Of a DNA stretch of 64,000 nucleotides, positions 24,843 to 37,744 are shown piece by piece; position 1 is the first letter of the stretch, and each line of letters starts with the position of its first letter. The DNA lies in NCBI RefSeq assembly GCF_963921235.1, contig NC_086097.1:243972001-244036000 (forward strand), in the 5' to 3' direction. The translations under genes and the position numbers were made by a program. The notes beneath the pieces were generated by a model. It was not told the DNA's origin. It worked only from the letters and a program-made list of their open reading frames with translations, and did no database searches. Source of the DNA: Mobula hypostoma. Taxonomy: Eukaryota.

Positions 24843-25253
24843 TCTTCTTTTGCCCGCCACACCACTGTAGAATAGCAATGAGGGTCCTCCATCTCTGGTG
24901 ATGTTCACGGCTCCTTCATCGTGCCAGTAGCTTCCTCTCGGTTTACCGTCAGTCGTGCAAGTCCCAGGTGGAGACTCAGGAATACCGCCACACACAAATG
25001 TGGAAGGATTCTTCATTGGTGTTTCTGTAATAATTTTGTTTTATCCGTCAGGGTTGTTAACCCTGAGCTGAACCCCCGAACCTGGAGGATCAATGGACCA
25101 CTCTTGGTCTGGCCTCTACCCTTTGACCTGTTTGGCATGGGTGACCCTACCAAGAGCCAAAGCACAAAACCCGGACTCCAGCCAGCAGAGCTCTCTGGTC
25201 CACTGAGGCACGCAAGCCTCCAAACCTTGACAAGGTTGTGGTCCTCAAGGAGG
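24843..25253 (-). mobile_element. Internally deleted (bipartite) RTE/Expander-like non-autonomous retroposon inserted in a SINE
   Basis: Minus strand has an RTE-type 5' end (ACCTTGTC...GGCTTGCGTGCCTCA...GGTAGGGTCACCCATGCCAAACAGGTC) joined to an RTE-type 3' end and (AAG)n tail. About 12-bp TSD TAACACTAGTCT/TAACACCAGCCT. Confidence 0.75.
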
Positions 25254-26024
25254 TAACACCAGCCTAATCACAGGACTATTTACAATGAATAACTAACTTA
25301 CCAACTGCGCGTCTTTGGATTGCGGAAGGAAACCCACACAATCATGGGACAAATATACATGTTTGAGACACCAGGCAAAATCATTTGATTCCAAACAATT
25401 GGTTTATTGATCATCACAGAATGTTGTCTGGTGCTTCCTGCTCCCTGCCCTCTCCCTTCCCCTTTTCCCAACCGTGATTCCCCTCTCCCTGACCCCTCAG
25501 TCCACAATAGAGACCCATATCAGAATCAGGTTTATCATCACTCACATATGTCATGAAATGTGTTTTTTTTACAGCAGTAGTATAGTGCAATACATAAAAT
25601 TATTACAGTGCTGTGCTACTACCTTAGTGGAAAGAGTGTGCTTGCATCTACCCTTTTTATAGTCCTGTTGCTGTTAGCTTACCTGTTTTGGTAGTGGGAG
25701 CCCAGTATTATCTGGTGCTTTTCTACGAGAATATTAGTAAGTGCAAAAGACATTCATTAGCCAACTTTTTTGTGACCTGGGTTCAGTGAAGCTGCTGTTG
25801 GGAAGGAGTTTGTGCCTGACAACGTATTACTGTATAAGAACAACATGGTAGCGTTGTAGTTAGTCCATTGTTTTGCAGTACCAGTGATCACCAATTAGGG
25901 TTCGAGGACATAAAACATAGAAAATTATAATACAGTACAGGACCTTCCGCCCATGGTGTTAATCTACTCGTTCTAAACATCTACCTCCTAAATATCCCTC
26001 CAGTTTTCTACATTTCACTTCAAA

Positions 26025-26695
26025 GGGGAGAAGATGGCGGCGCGACGACAGCGCGCGCGGCCTCTCTGGTGATGAATATCTGTTATCTGTCAAATAGGGG
26101 ACCGTGAACAATCCTGATTTGATGGAGACAGACATGAGAGCATAGCGGAACATCTGGAAAACTTCTGAAATGTCTGCTTTGCTACCGCTGCTACTGTGTG
26201 GTAACCGGAATCTCTGGAGCTGAAGACCTCAAAATCCTCGGCTTTGCATGTTTCAGCGGCCGGGGAGAGGTCGAAGGCGCTCAGGAGGCTGTATCGGAGA
26301 GGCTGCTCGGAAGCTCGGAGTTTTCGGACAGATGGACTTGGGGTCGGCTGTTGTCGGCTGCTTCCAAGGCATCGGCAAGTTGACGGTGCCTGGAGGCTTA
26401 TGGCAGGGAGTTTCTTCCTTTTGCCGCCTGCTATCAGGGACTTAGGAGTTGATCGACTCGGGACTTTGAGACTATTTTTTTTACTGTGCCTTTGGACTGT
26501 TCTTCATCAAATTATGGTATTGCTTTGCACTGCTGTAACTATGTGTTATAATTATGTGGTTTTGTCAGTATCAGTCTTTGGTCTGTCTTGTTTTCTGTGA
26601 TATCACGCCAGAGAAACATTGTATCATTTCTTAATGCATGTATGCATTTCTAAATGACAATAAAAGAGGACTGAGTGTTCTCATAATCTAAAAAA
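26025..26695 (+). mobile_element. CpG-rich non-coding retroposon-like repeat (unclassified)
   Basis: 5' AAGATGGCGG, many CpGs, 3' AATAAA plus AATCT/A tail, TTCAAAG on both flanks. Confidence 0.55.
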
Positions 26696-27250
26696 GTTCA
26701 AAGTAAAATTTATTATCAGAGTACATACATGTCACCACACACAACCCTGAGACACTTGTACACGGTGTTTCTTTTTTTTTGCGTTAAATTTAAAATGGCT
26801 TCATTGTTATGTTATACCGGGGAATGCTTCTTTGTTATGAGCCAATGTAACTGAACGTTACACACTTTTTTGGTGGAAAAACTCAGCAAATCTATAGAAT
26901 GGTAACTGTAAACAGGATCTGTAAACTGTAAACAGACTGCGCAAATGTGGATAATAAATAGCAATAAATAACAAGCATGAAACCACAAGTTAAAAGAAAT
27001 GAGTGTAGTTATCCTCTTTTGTTCAAGAGCCTGATGGTTGAGGGGTAGTAACTGTTCCTGAACCTGGTGGTACGAGTCCTGAGACGCCCGTACCTGATGG
27101 CAGCAGCGAGAAAAGACCATGGCCTGGATGGTGGAGATCTTTGAAGATGGATGCTGCTTTTCGACAGCAACATTTCATTGAGATGTGCCCAAGATTGGGA
27201 GGCTTTTACCTGTGATTTTCTAGGCCGAATCCACTACCTTTCATAGGATC
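26696..27250 (-). mobile_element. Rex1/Babar 3' fragment
   Basis: GAGCCTGATGGTTGAGGGGTAGTAACTGTTCCTGAACCTGGTGG block shared with 31390, 34895 and 38780. Confidence 0.75.
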
Positions 27251-27837
27251 TTTTCCTATTTAAGGAGTTTGTACATTCTCCCCGTGACGGTTAGGGTTTC
27301 CTCTGGGTTCCCCTGTTCCCTCCCGCATTCCCACAAAGACATTTTACGGGTTAGACAACTAATTGGTCAGATGGGTGTAATTGGGCGACACAAGCTCATT
27401 GGCCGGTAAGGGCCCATTACCGTGCTGTGTCTTTGTTTGTCACATGTACATTGAAGCAACGAAACACACAGTGAAATGCACCGTTTGCTCCCGTGACCAA
27501 CACCGTCCGAGGATGTGCCGGGGGCAGCCCGCGAACGTTGCTATGCTTCTGACGCCAACGTGGCACGCCCACCGCTCACTGACCCGTATGTCATTGGAAT
27601 GTGGGAGGAAACTGTAGCACCCAGAGGAAAGCCACAAGGTCATCGGGAGGACGTTCGGACACTTTACAGACAACAGTGGGAACTGAACTCCATTCAGTGG
27701 CACTGTGAAGCATTACTGTAACTGTCTAATGTCAATGAAAATATGCTCCAGTTTCCAAGAGTTGTCTCTCTATTTGTTGTACTAACATGCTCTACAACTA
27801 ACAATTAACCTTGATATTTAATTAAATTAGATATATG

Positions 27838-28378
27838 GTGTTATGCAATAGTCTTTGGCACATTTATATATATATATATATATATATACCTGTAGCTTGG
27901 GTGCCTAAGACTTTTGAACATAACTGTATTTGTCAATGCGGAGTGGAGAGCGAGTTTGTAAATCTGGCGGGAGCAAAGGGTGTTGGGAATGGCGAGGGTG
28001 GAACGCCGCAGGAGAGGTGAGGTACAGGTATGAGACAAGAGTTTCCAGTGGTGTGGGTGCAAACACACCCAAACCCTGAAACACCAGGCAAGGTCACTAG
28101 ATTCCTAGCAATTGGATTATTTATCATTACCGAATGTCTCTCTGGTGCTTCCTGCTCCCTCCCCTCTCCCTTCCCCTTTTCCCAACCATGATTCCCCTCT
28201 CCCTGCCCCCTTCTCGCTCTCAGTCCACAATAGAGACCCATATCAGAATCAGGTTTATCACCACTCACATATGTCATGAAATTTGTTTTTTTTTGCAGTA
28301 GCAATACATAAAATTTCTACAGTGCTGTGCAAAAGTCTTAGCTATATTATGTGCCTAATACGTTTGCACAGTACTGTA
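27838..28378. mobile_element. Composite repeat bounded by two short Tc1-like palindromes
   Basis: TACAGTGCTGTGCAAAAGTCTTAG...TTTGCACAGTACTGTA at 28318-28378 and a decayed equivalent at 27838-27929. The interior recurs at 25365-25616. Confidence 0.6.
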
Positions 28379-28699
28379 TGTGATAACTTCTGAACTTTGA
28401 ACATGAAGTATAAAATATACAACTATAAATTTGATGTTAATCATGTGACAGATATCTAATAATGTTTTCAGGTTGCCTTAGGTGGCAGGTTTTTAACAAG
28501 GCTTTACATTAGGAAACTGAGCGGGTAGAATCATTCCAGGTTTATTTTTGTTACTAGGTGTATATCAGTTAACCATTACATAGGTTAAAAAATTCATATT
28601 AGCTGATAATAAGTTCACTGCTTTAAGGTGGATAAGCACATCTTTTGTTGAAAGCTTGTGAATGAAAATGCTAGACTGCTGCAGGTGTAATGGCTCTTT

Positions 28700-28959
28700 A
28701 AAGATCCAGCAGCCAATGGTCTTGCACTCATCAGCCGGCGCTCCAGCATCACGAGCAAAACTGTGAGCAAGAGGATGGTTATTGCATAGCTACAGGAGAT
28801 TTAACAGCTCCGTGTGTGGGCGGAGTGAGCTCATCTCGAGAGCAGCAGGGGAGAAGGGGAGAAAACATGTCTTCTAGGAAGGCAGATCCGTAGCAGCTCT
28901 GAATGAGAATGTGAGTTTGTAACATGAACTTGACATCCGAGATTTTGTTTGAGGTAAGA
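28700..28959 (+). promoter_or_regulatory. Candidate host promoter and first exon ending at a splice donor
   Basis: CCAAT at 28713-28717, GC box GGGCGG at 28818-28823, local GC/CpG rise in a repeat-free AT-rich island, and GAG|GTAAGA donor at 28953/28954. Confidence 0.45.
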
Positions 28960-30124
28960 ACGAACGTTTCATTTTTCGAACTGCTTCTTTCCCGTTTTTA
29001 TTTTTGTTAATTGATTTCATAAGATTGCATACTGAGGTATTTCAGAATCAGAATCGTGAACTATTAAATGTGCCTTCTGTAATTCTTCATAAGTTGTCTG
29101 CAAATTTTGCCAATCCCTTTTCGAGATTTAGTGCCTTTACCTTTCAACGTTGTTTCTCAATGCACAGAAAGCACAATTTTCTTAGAGAAATCTTCCTTTC
29201 CCTTGCTACATTTCATTGTATGTTATTCCGGAAAATCTATCATCGTGAAATGTGGATGAAGCTGCCCAGCTTAGTTGCACAGTAACATCTGAGAGTCAGT
29301 ACGGCAATTATGTATTGCATAACCCCGTACCAGTTGAAACAAAATACGATCCATGTTGTTAAATATAAATAATGATCAATCAATATTTATGGGAAATTGT
29401 TAGAGATATTTGTGAACACCTCTACTAAAATGAAGAAAAACTACCCTATATTTTATTTCGGATATGCTGATGTTAGTTCAAAATGCAGGACACAAAAAGA
29501 TTATATGCATAATAAAAATAGATGTAGTATATCACATAATAAGTAGTTTTAGCAATTAAATGGACAAATATTACAACAGTATAATTCAAAAAATACAGAG
29601 CCTGTGATGACAGAATTTGTTCTTTGCTTGGTTTTTGAATTATACGCTTTAAGAATAGTGTTACCAGGACAACCATAACATCTTCATTGTGAGCTAGCTT
29701 ACACATCAGGCATGGTCCAATTTTAGAATAATTTAAATAACACAGGAACCTGCGGAGCAGTGGTACAGTTACGGATGAAGGTTATAGTTGATCGTTGTAT
29801 CCCAGCCTTGCAAAGGACCGGTGAGATCTGAACAGAGCGGGATTTGAGACAGCTGTCAATCTTTTTTATAACTTTGACACTGTGAAGATATTTCAAGTAT
29901 GCAAGAATCTGCCGTTGAGTTAGCAACTTCTAACACTGTTGTTGAAAGAACATTGAATAATTTTGTGAAGAATTTTGCCCGCTATGCTTTGGCATATTAC
30001 TCGTTTACGTCCATTAAAAAAACATGCCGGAAAGAATTGTCTCACAAAAATCAGTAATGATCAAAGAAAGATTCAAGCCCTTTTAAAAAGGCAATTTGTT
30101 CTTTATTTCTCTGTATAATGGAAT

Positions 30125-30535
30125 AATGGAATCATAGAACACTAGAACACAAAAACAGTCCCTTCAGCCCATCTAGTCCATGACAAACTATTAATCTGCC
30201 TAATTCCATTGACCGGAACTCAGAACATAGCCCTCCAATCCATGTAACTATCCAAACTTGTAATAAATATTGAAATCAAACCCAATCAGCCACCTCCACT
30301 AGCAGCTCGTTCCATGCTCCCAGCGCCCTCTGAGTGAAGACGATCCCCCTCATGTTCCCCTTGAACGTTTCACCTTACTCCCTCCTTGACCGCTGGTTCC
30401 AGTCCTACCCAACCTCAGTGGAAAAAGCCTGCTTGCATTTACCCCATCTATACCCCTCATAATTTTGTGTGCCTCTATCAAATCTCCCCTCATTCTCCTA
30501 CACTCTGGGAAATAAAGTCCGAATCTATTCAGCCC
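30125..30535 (-). mobile_element. Old CR1 3' fragment
   Basis: CCCTCTGAGTGAAGA...CCCCTCATGTTCCCCTT block shared with 58710-59010, plus tail ATCATAGAAC. Confidence 0.75.
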
Positions 30536-31627
30536 TATCGTAGAATAGACACAAGAAGTACTGCAGATGTTGGAAATCTAGAGCAATACCTACAATGTGC
30601 TGCGGGAGCTCAGCAGGTCAAGCGACATCGAGGGATGGGAATAAATAGTCGACGTTTCAGGCTGAGACTCGGCTCAGGTTCTTAAGCCCCAGCAGAATCC
30701 TGTTAAATGTTCTCTGTGCTCTTTCAATATTATTGATATCTTTGATGTGTGTTGTTTATTGATATCTTTCCTGTAGTTGGGTGACCAAAACACCTCACAA
30801 TGTGTACTAGTGTTGATATGCTCCCTGCAAAAGACAAAAATAGGTGATAGTTATCTTACGTAGGCTCGCCAGCTCGATTCACTAAAATTATGTACAGAAA
30901 ATTCATTAGCGATGAGCACCATCAGGATGGTGCTTCTATTAACTGATATTAAAACTTCAGGCTTAATTTTTAATGGTAATTGGCTGAGCCATTCATTTTC
31001 ATCAACCCCACAAGTCATCTACTCTTTGGGTCAATGTTGATTCAGTTTAATGTTCCCTTAATGGGATCTACAGTATGTTTTTGTTCTATCAGCGATTTAA
31101 GGATTATCTTTATTTAAAACACGCACATCAAAGTTCAAAAAAATTTATTATCAGAGTACATATATGCCACCATATACAACCCTGAGATTTATTTTCCTGT
31201 AGGCATACTCAGCAAACCTATAGAATAGTAACCATAACAGGATCAATGAAAGATCAACCAGAAGACAACAAACTGTGCAAATGTAAATATAAATAAATAG
31301 CAATAAATAACGAGAACATGAGACGATGAGATTGTCGGTTATGGGAACATCTCAATGCAGGAGCATGTGTGTGAAGTTATCCCCTTTTGTTCAAGAGCCT
31401 GATTGTTGAGGGGTGGTAACTGTTCCTGAACCTGGTGGTGCGAGTCCTGAGGCTCCTGTACCTTCTAGCTTTTGGCAGCAGTGAGAAGAGAGCATGGCCT
31501 GGGTGGTGGTGTGAAATACATCATCTAAATCAATGACCTGCGCAGTCCAAGGATATACAAGAGGCAGCCCACAAGTGTCGCCATGCTTCCAGCACCAGCA
31601 GAGCATGCTCACGACTTACTAACCTTA

Positions 31628-32070
31628 AGCAACACACGCAAAACATTGGAGGAACTCAGCAAGTTAGGCAGCATCTGTGGGAAAGAATAAACAGTTGACA
31701 TTTGGGGCCGAGAGGGAAGGGTGAAGGCACCGGAATAAAAAGGTGGAGGGAGGGGAAAGAGGCTAGCTGGAAGGTGATAGGTGAAGCCAGGTGGGTGGCA
31801 AAAGTCAAGGGCTGGAGAACCGGATAAGAGAGGAGAGTGGACCATTGGAGAAAGGGAAGGAAGCAGGGACCCATGGGAAAGTAATAGGCAGGTGAGAAGA
31901 ATTAAAAGCCCAGAATGGGGAATAGAGGAAAGGGAGCGGAATTGTTTACTGGAAGGAGAAATCAATCAGGTTGGAGAGTACACAGATGGAATAAAAGGTG
32001 TTGCTCCTCCACCCTGAGGGTGGCCTCACTTTGGCACAAGAGGAGGCCAAGGATCGACACGTCGGAACAA
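31628..32070 (-). mobile_element. Penelope-like 3' fragment
   Basis: pLTR motif GGAGGAACTCAGC, purine-rich tract, and GGTGTTGCTCCTCC (EEQHL on the minus strand). Confidence 0.8.
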
Positions 32071-32279
32071 GAACACAAATACTAACCTTCACCTGCACAC
32101 GTTTGGAATGTGACAGGAAACCCAGACGGCCCTGTGGAGAACGTACAGACAGCAGCTAAAATTGAACACTGAGATAACAATTGGAGATATAAAGTGTTAC
32201 ACGAAGTACTACGCTATCGAGGTGCAATGACCAACAGTCTATGAGCGACGTTAGTAAAATTAGATGCGTACATTACTCT

Positions 32280-32640
32280 CTGAGACGATCATGGATTTTG
32301 GCTGTGATTGTTCTCGGCAAATTTTTCTACAGAATTGGTTTGCCATTGCCTTCTTCTGGGCAGTGTCTTTGCAAGATGGGTGAGCCCAGCCATTATCAAT
32401 ACTCTTCGGAGACGGTCTGCCTGGTGTCAGTGGTCACATAACCAGGACTTGTGATCTTTACCAGCTGCTCATGTGCCATCTACCACCTGCTCCCATGGCT
32501 TCACATGACCCTGATCGGGGTGGGGGGTTGTGTGTCTAAGCTGGTGCTACACCTTGCCCTAGGGTGACCTGCAGGCTAACGGAGGGAGGGAGGGGTGCCT
32601 TACACCCTCCTTTAGTTAGAGACGTACCTCCAACACGTCA
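32280..32640 (-). mobile_element. RTE/BovB-tailed SINE-like repeat
   Basis: Homologous to 44810-45185 (reverse) and 18112-18432. Confidence 0.75.
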
Positions 32641-33257
32641 CTCTATCTTTTTGAGAAGAGTTGCTATTAGGGCATCTAAAATGTTCTGATGATACATCAG
32701 AACTTTGAACCATGTGGTGAGAAACAGTTTCCTTAGTTCCTAAATGGTTTAGGCAGGTCGCGAGTGAAGCAATAAGAAATTCAGCTCAGGATAGTGTTTT
32801 ACTGGACCACAAACTCACTCTCCAAAAAAAAACACACACACAAAATCTGGAGGTACTCAGCAGGTCATCCAGCATCTGCTGAGAGGAATAAACAGCCGGC
32901 ATTACAGGCCAAGATACTTCATCAGTGCCTTTAGCATCTTTATCTCCTAACCGTGTGGCAATCAAACCTGACAGAAATTGCAATAAAAATATTTTTGGGA
33001 TTAAACAGGACACTCTTTAAGCTTAGGCAGGAGAATGTGGTTGAAAGGGATAATAAATCAGCCATGGTGGAATGGCAGAGCAGACTTAGTGAGTGAAATG
33101 GCCTTATTCTCCTCCTATGTCTTCTGGTCTTATGCTCTAATATTATATTCTAACTCAAGGAGGCCATGATATACCCATATCTAATTGGTTTCCAGTAAAT
33201 AACTTAAACAAGACTGCTTTTCGGGAAAACCTGATAAGGAGAGCTAATTATTAAGAG

Positions 33258-33800
33258 TAACACACACAAAATGCTGGAGGAAGTCAACAGCTCTGGCAGC
33301 GTCTATGGAGATGAATAAACAGTCGATACTTCAGGCCTAGACCCTTCATCTGGACTGGAAAGGAAAGGGGAAGATGCCAAAATAATAAGATGGGGGAAGG
33401 GGAAGGAGAACAAGCTAGAAGGTGATAGGTGAAGCCAGGTGGGTGGGGGAGGGGTGAAGTAAGAAGCTGGGAGGTGATAGGTGGAAAAGGTAAAAGGGCT
33501 GGAGAAGAAGGAATCTGATAGGAGAGGAGCGTGGACCATGGGAGAAAGGGAATGAGAAGGGGGCACCAGGGAGTGGTGAGGAGAAGAGGTAAAAGGACAG
33601 ACTAGGGAATTGAAGAAGAGTAAGGGGGAAGGGTGAAAAATCAATTGAAGTTAGAGAAATCGATGTTCATGCCATCAAATTGGAGGCTACCTAGATGGAA
33701 CATGAGGTATTGATCCGCCAGCTCGAGAGAGGCCACATAATAGCAGAAGGGGAGACCATGGACTGACAGGTCAGAATGGGAATGGGGATTGGAATTCAAA
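33258..33800 (-). mobile_element. Penelope-like 3' fragment with degenerate hammerhead
   Basis: Same structure as 43140-43615. The core reads CAGATGA...GAAG on the minus strand (mutated). Confidence 0.8.
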
Positions 33801-34784
33801 TCGAGTCACTAAGACTATTCTTTAAATTTCTTATAGAGCATCAAAAATCTTAAATTGTACAAAATTAAACCGCAGGTTTAATATAGCCGTTCCCATTAAA
33901 GATGAATAGCCAGATTCAGAGTTACAGCAAACTCAAGATTCAAGGTTGTTTCGTGTCATTTCCAGTACACAAGTGTAGTGGAGAATGAAATAATTCTTTC
34001 TCTGGGTCTGATGCAGCACAAAAAAACCACAATAAGATAAGGAACCAATAATAAAAACAACACAATAAATAAAAATGCATAAGATAGCTTATAAACACAG
34101 ACTGTATTAAGTGAGGCTAGGCACAATAGTGTCTGTGCGTTAGGTGATTCTGACAGGAAATGATAAAGTAGCGATGGTTGGGGAGGTGTGGTGGGGTGGG
34201 TGGAGGTGTTGATCAGCCTTACTGCTCGGGGAAAGTAACTGTTTTTGAGTCTGGTGGTCCTGGCGTGGATGCTACGTAGGGAGTGGGAGTGGGACAGACA
34301 ATCTATGAGCAGGGTGGGTGGGATCCTTCATGATGTTATCGGCCTTTTTTCCGGCACTTTGTGCCGGTGTCCTTGATGGTGGGAAGGCCGGTATCGCCAA
34401 ATCTCGGCGGAAGTGACTTTTAATTTGTTTGATGTTTGTATTGCCTAATGTCGGTGTTAAAAGGGCAAAATAACAAATTACGATGGTGGCGCGTTCGACC
34501 GCAATGGCTTCTACAGAGTCAACCAAGAGTGTTGCCATCATTTTTAGAAGTATTATTTTATAATCGCACGACCCTGCTGGACATGAAGAACTTAAAGCCC
34601 TGCAGATCCACCCCATCAGCGAGTAGCTCGCTGGCAGAGAAACTGAGGAGTTGGGCTCAGAGAAACATTGGAGGAGTCAGTACACAGTGTGACATCACAG
34701 ACGCCTTTCTGGTGATCGCAGGACCCTTTTGGACTTTGTTAATGTGGTATGCTGCAGGTCTGACTCACTGATTTATTGGCAGAC

Positions 34785-35352
34785 CTGCAGAGCAATAAAC
34801 ATCGAGAATATGAGATGGTGTCCTTGAAAGCGAGTCCATTGGTTGTTGGAACAGTTCAGTGATGGGGTGAGTGAAGTTATCCCTTTTGCTTTAAGAGCCT
34901 GGTAAGTAATAACTGTTCCTGAACCTGGTGGTGAGAGTCCTGAGGCTCCTGTTCCTTCTTCCTGATGGCAGCAGCAAAAAGAGAGCGTGTCCTGGGTGGT
35001 GGGGGTCCCTGATGATGGATGCTGCTTTCCTGCAACAGTGCTCCATGTTGTTGTGTTCAGTGGGAGAGGAGGCTTCATCTGTGATGTACTGGGCTGTTTT
35101 CGTACCAGGCTGTGATGCAACCAGTCAATATACTCTCCACCACACACCTATAGGTGCTCATCAGAGTTGTAAATGTGATGCCGAATCTTCACAAACTTGT
35201 AAGGAAGTAGAGGCGCTGCTGTGTTTTCTTTGTAGTTGCACTTACATAGAGGGCCCAGGACAACCCCTCTGAAATGATAACACCGAGGAATTTAAAGTTG
35301 CTGAACCTCTTCACCTCTGATCCCATGATTAAGATTGGCTCATGGACCTGTG
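34785..35352 (-). mobile_element. Rex1/Babar 3' fragment
   Basis: Same RT C-terminal block as other Rex1 pieces (AGGAATTTAAAGTTGCTGA...). Confidence 0.8.
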
Positions 35353-37744
35353 CTATCCTCCTCCTGAGTCAAAGAGGGAAGGTTGTTGATAGTTTTCTTC
35401 TGAACGACTTCCATAGGTTTCTTTGTTTCGTGAACGTCTGGAGAAGACATACTTCAGAGATGTATACCTGCAGATCTTGATCTCGGAGTTGTTTCCTCGA
35501 CGCTGTGCGTTGCTTTGGATTTCCAATATCTGCATACGTTTTCATGGTTCTATGCTGCATGTATACTTTGATAATAAATGAAACTTGAACCTTGAACCTT
35601 GAACTTTGGATTAATAGCATCAGATTCCAACAACAAGCTGTCGGTAGATTCTGACGTATAATTGATTTAGATGAGGCTGGTTGAGGGTGAAATGTTGCTC
35701 AGGACACTATAGAACTTCTCTAGTTTTGCTTCAAAGAAAGAAATGAGTTTTCTAATTTTCCACTGAAAAGACTGAATGTGTCCATGGTTCATATTTTATT
35801 TAGAAAATGACATTTGTAGTGTAGAAACAGTCTCTTCATATTGCACCAAAATTATCCAAGACATCTGTTATTGCTACCTTAATTGCTAAGTTATTACAGC
35901 AATGATATTGCAGGATGTTTAAAAGTAAGTTGTAAGCTTTATTTTTTTCCCTTCGGTCTATGAGTCATCCTTTGAAGGTAGGTGGGATGAATTGTAGATG
36001 CAGTAACAATTGAATTATGAATTCTCCTAGCTTGTGTGTTGACAATTAGTTCTCTCAGTTTGAAAATGATGAATATCCTCTAGGTACAGCTGTAAATGTA
36101 ATTTTAGTGCAAAACATTCAAAACTCGCTCGATTGCTTTGAAGTTTTTTTTCTTTTTTTATTGAGATATAGCGCAGAATAGACCATAAGACCATTGACAT
36201 AGGAGCAGAATTAGGCCGTTCAGCCCATCGAGCTTCCTCCAATATTTCACCATGACTGATCTGGATCCCACTCAACCCCATACGCCTACCTTCTCGCCAT
36301 ATCCTTTGATGTCCTGACTGATCAGGAAACTATCAGCTTCTGCCTTAAATATACAAAATGCTGGAGGAATTTCTATTTACCAACAGGTAATCTTTTTGGT
36401 CCCAACTAAAAAGCATGTGGGTTCACAAACTAACTATTTGTGTGCACACCCACTAGGATTCCTTGACCCTTCATGAACAGTCAATGAAGAGAAAAGGTAT
36501 TACCCAGGATATGAGTCTACGCTAGCCAGGTGTTCCTCATGGTTCCACTCCAATCTCCACATGTCCTCCACATCCACGATCGTTGGTCTCTGATGGTTGG
36601 AGAAGTGAAGCTCCTAACTCTTATAATGTTCCTCATCAGTTCAAATGATGCATCTCTATTGACTCAAAGTCTCCTGACCTCCCTGGGTCACCTTCTGATT
36701 AGTGCTGGCCCAGGACTACAACCAGGATTGTACTATAGTCTCTGCCCTCTGCCTCATGCCTTTGTTCTTTTCAACTCTGACTGGTTCAAACCAGTCAAAC
36801 TAAGTGACCCAGACACTGAGCTTCCTCCTTCAAGTCTGTGACTTTACATAATATACAGCTACTTGTCTGAGAATAGTCTCAGGTTTAGCAGCTCATCAGC
36901 TGAAACTTCTTGTGTCCACATAAGTTATCCCAGTGCAAGAATCAGTTCATCAAAGAGTTCATAAAATGGGTGGCTGCAAGGACAGCCTCACAAAATGGCC
37001 GCCTCCATCTCCTTTAAGCACATGGCAAGAACAATAACAATCGGTTTGTCTACTTCCACTGTCCTTGATTCATTCAAATTCACTGATTTGTAGACTGTAG
37101 CTCTTTCTGGCCAGCACCTTCATATTCACGGACCGGGAACACTATCTCACTCTTTGCTCTCTTTTTGCACAACTAATTTATTGTTTATATTTAGTTCTTG
37201 TTGTAACTTATCGTAATTTTATGCAAAACAACAAATTTTACAACATATATAAGGAAAAATAAACTTGATTCTGATTACTAATTATATTTCTCGGCAAAAT
37301 TCTGAATAAATCCATTATTTTTCCACTACTGAGAGCCAAATGGAAAGGAAAGATGTGTCATAAAAATGTTTCTTAATTTATTTTTATTGAGATACAACAC
37401 GAAGTAAGCCCTTCTGGCCCTTCGAGACATGCCACCCAGCAACCCCTGATTTAATCCTATCCTAATCACAGGACAATTTACACAATTTACAACTTAATCT
37501 ACCAAAAACTTTTGTTTGTGGGAGGAGACCAGAGATGCGGTCACAGGGAAAACATATGAACCTCTCACAGACAGCGTCTGGAATTGAACCTGGGTTGCTG
37601 GTACCGTAAAGCGTTCTGCCAACCATGCCACCCTGAAGTATTCAAGTTTAGAAGTTTTTAAACTGTGAATCTCTCCCTTTGGATGCACTCACACTCACCC
37701 GGGCAGCATTCAAGATTGTGCATGGAATTGATTGGATAGAGGTG

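Noticed and set aside
27865..27888. (TA)n tract as a functional site
   Set aside because: Microsatellite expansion inside a MITE palindrome centre.
34436..34771. 111-aa ORF as a host exon
   Set aside because: No splice signals or known motif, it sits between Rex1 fragments, and it begins with a retroposon-like ATGGTGGCGCG head.
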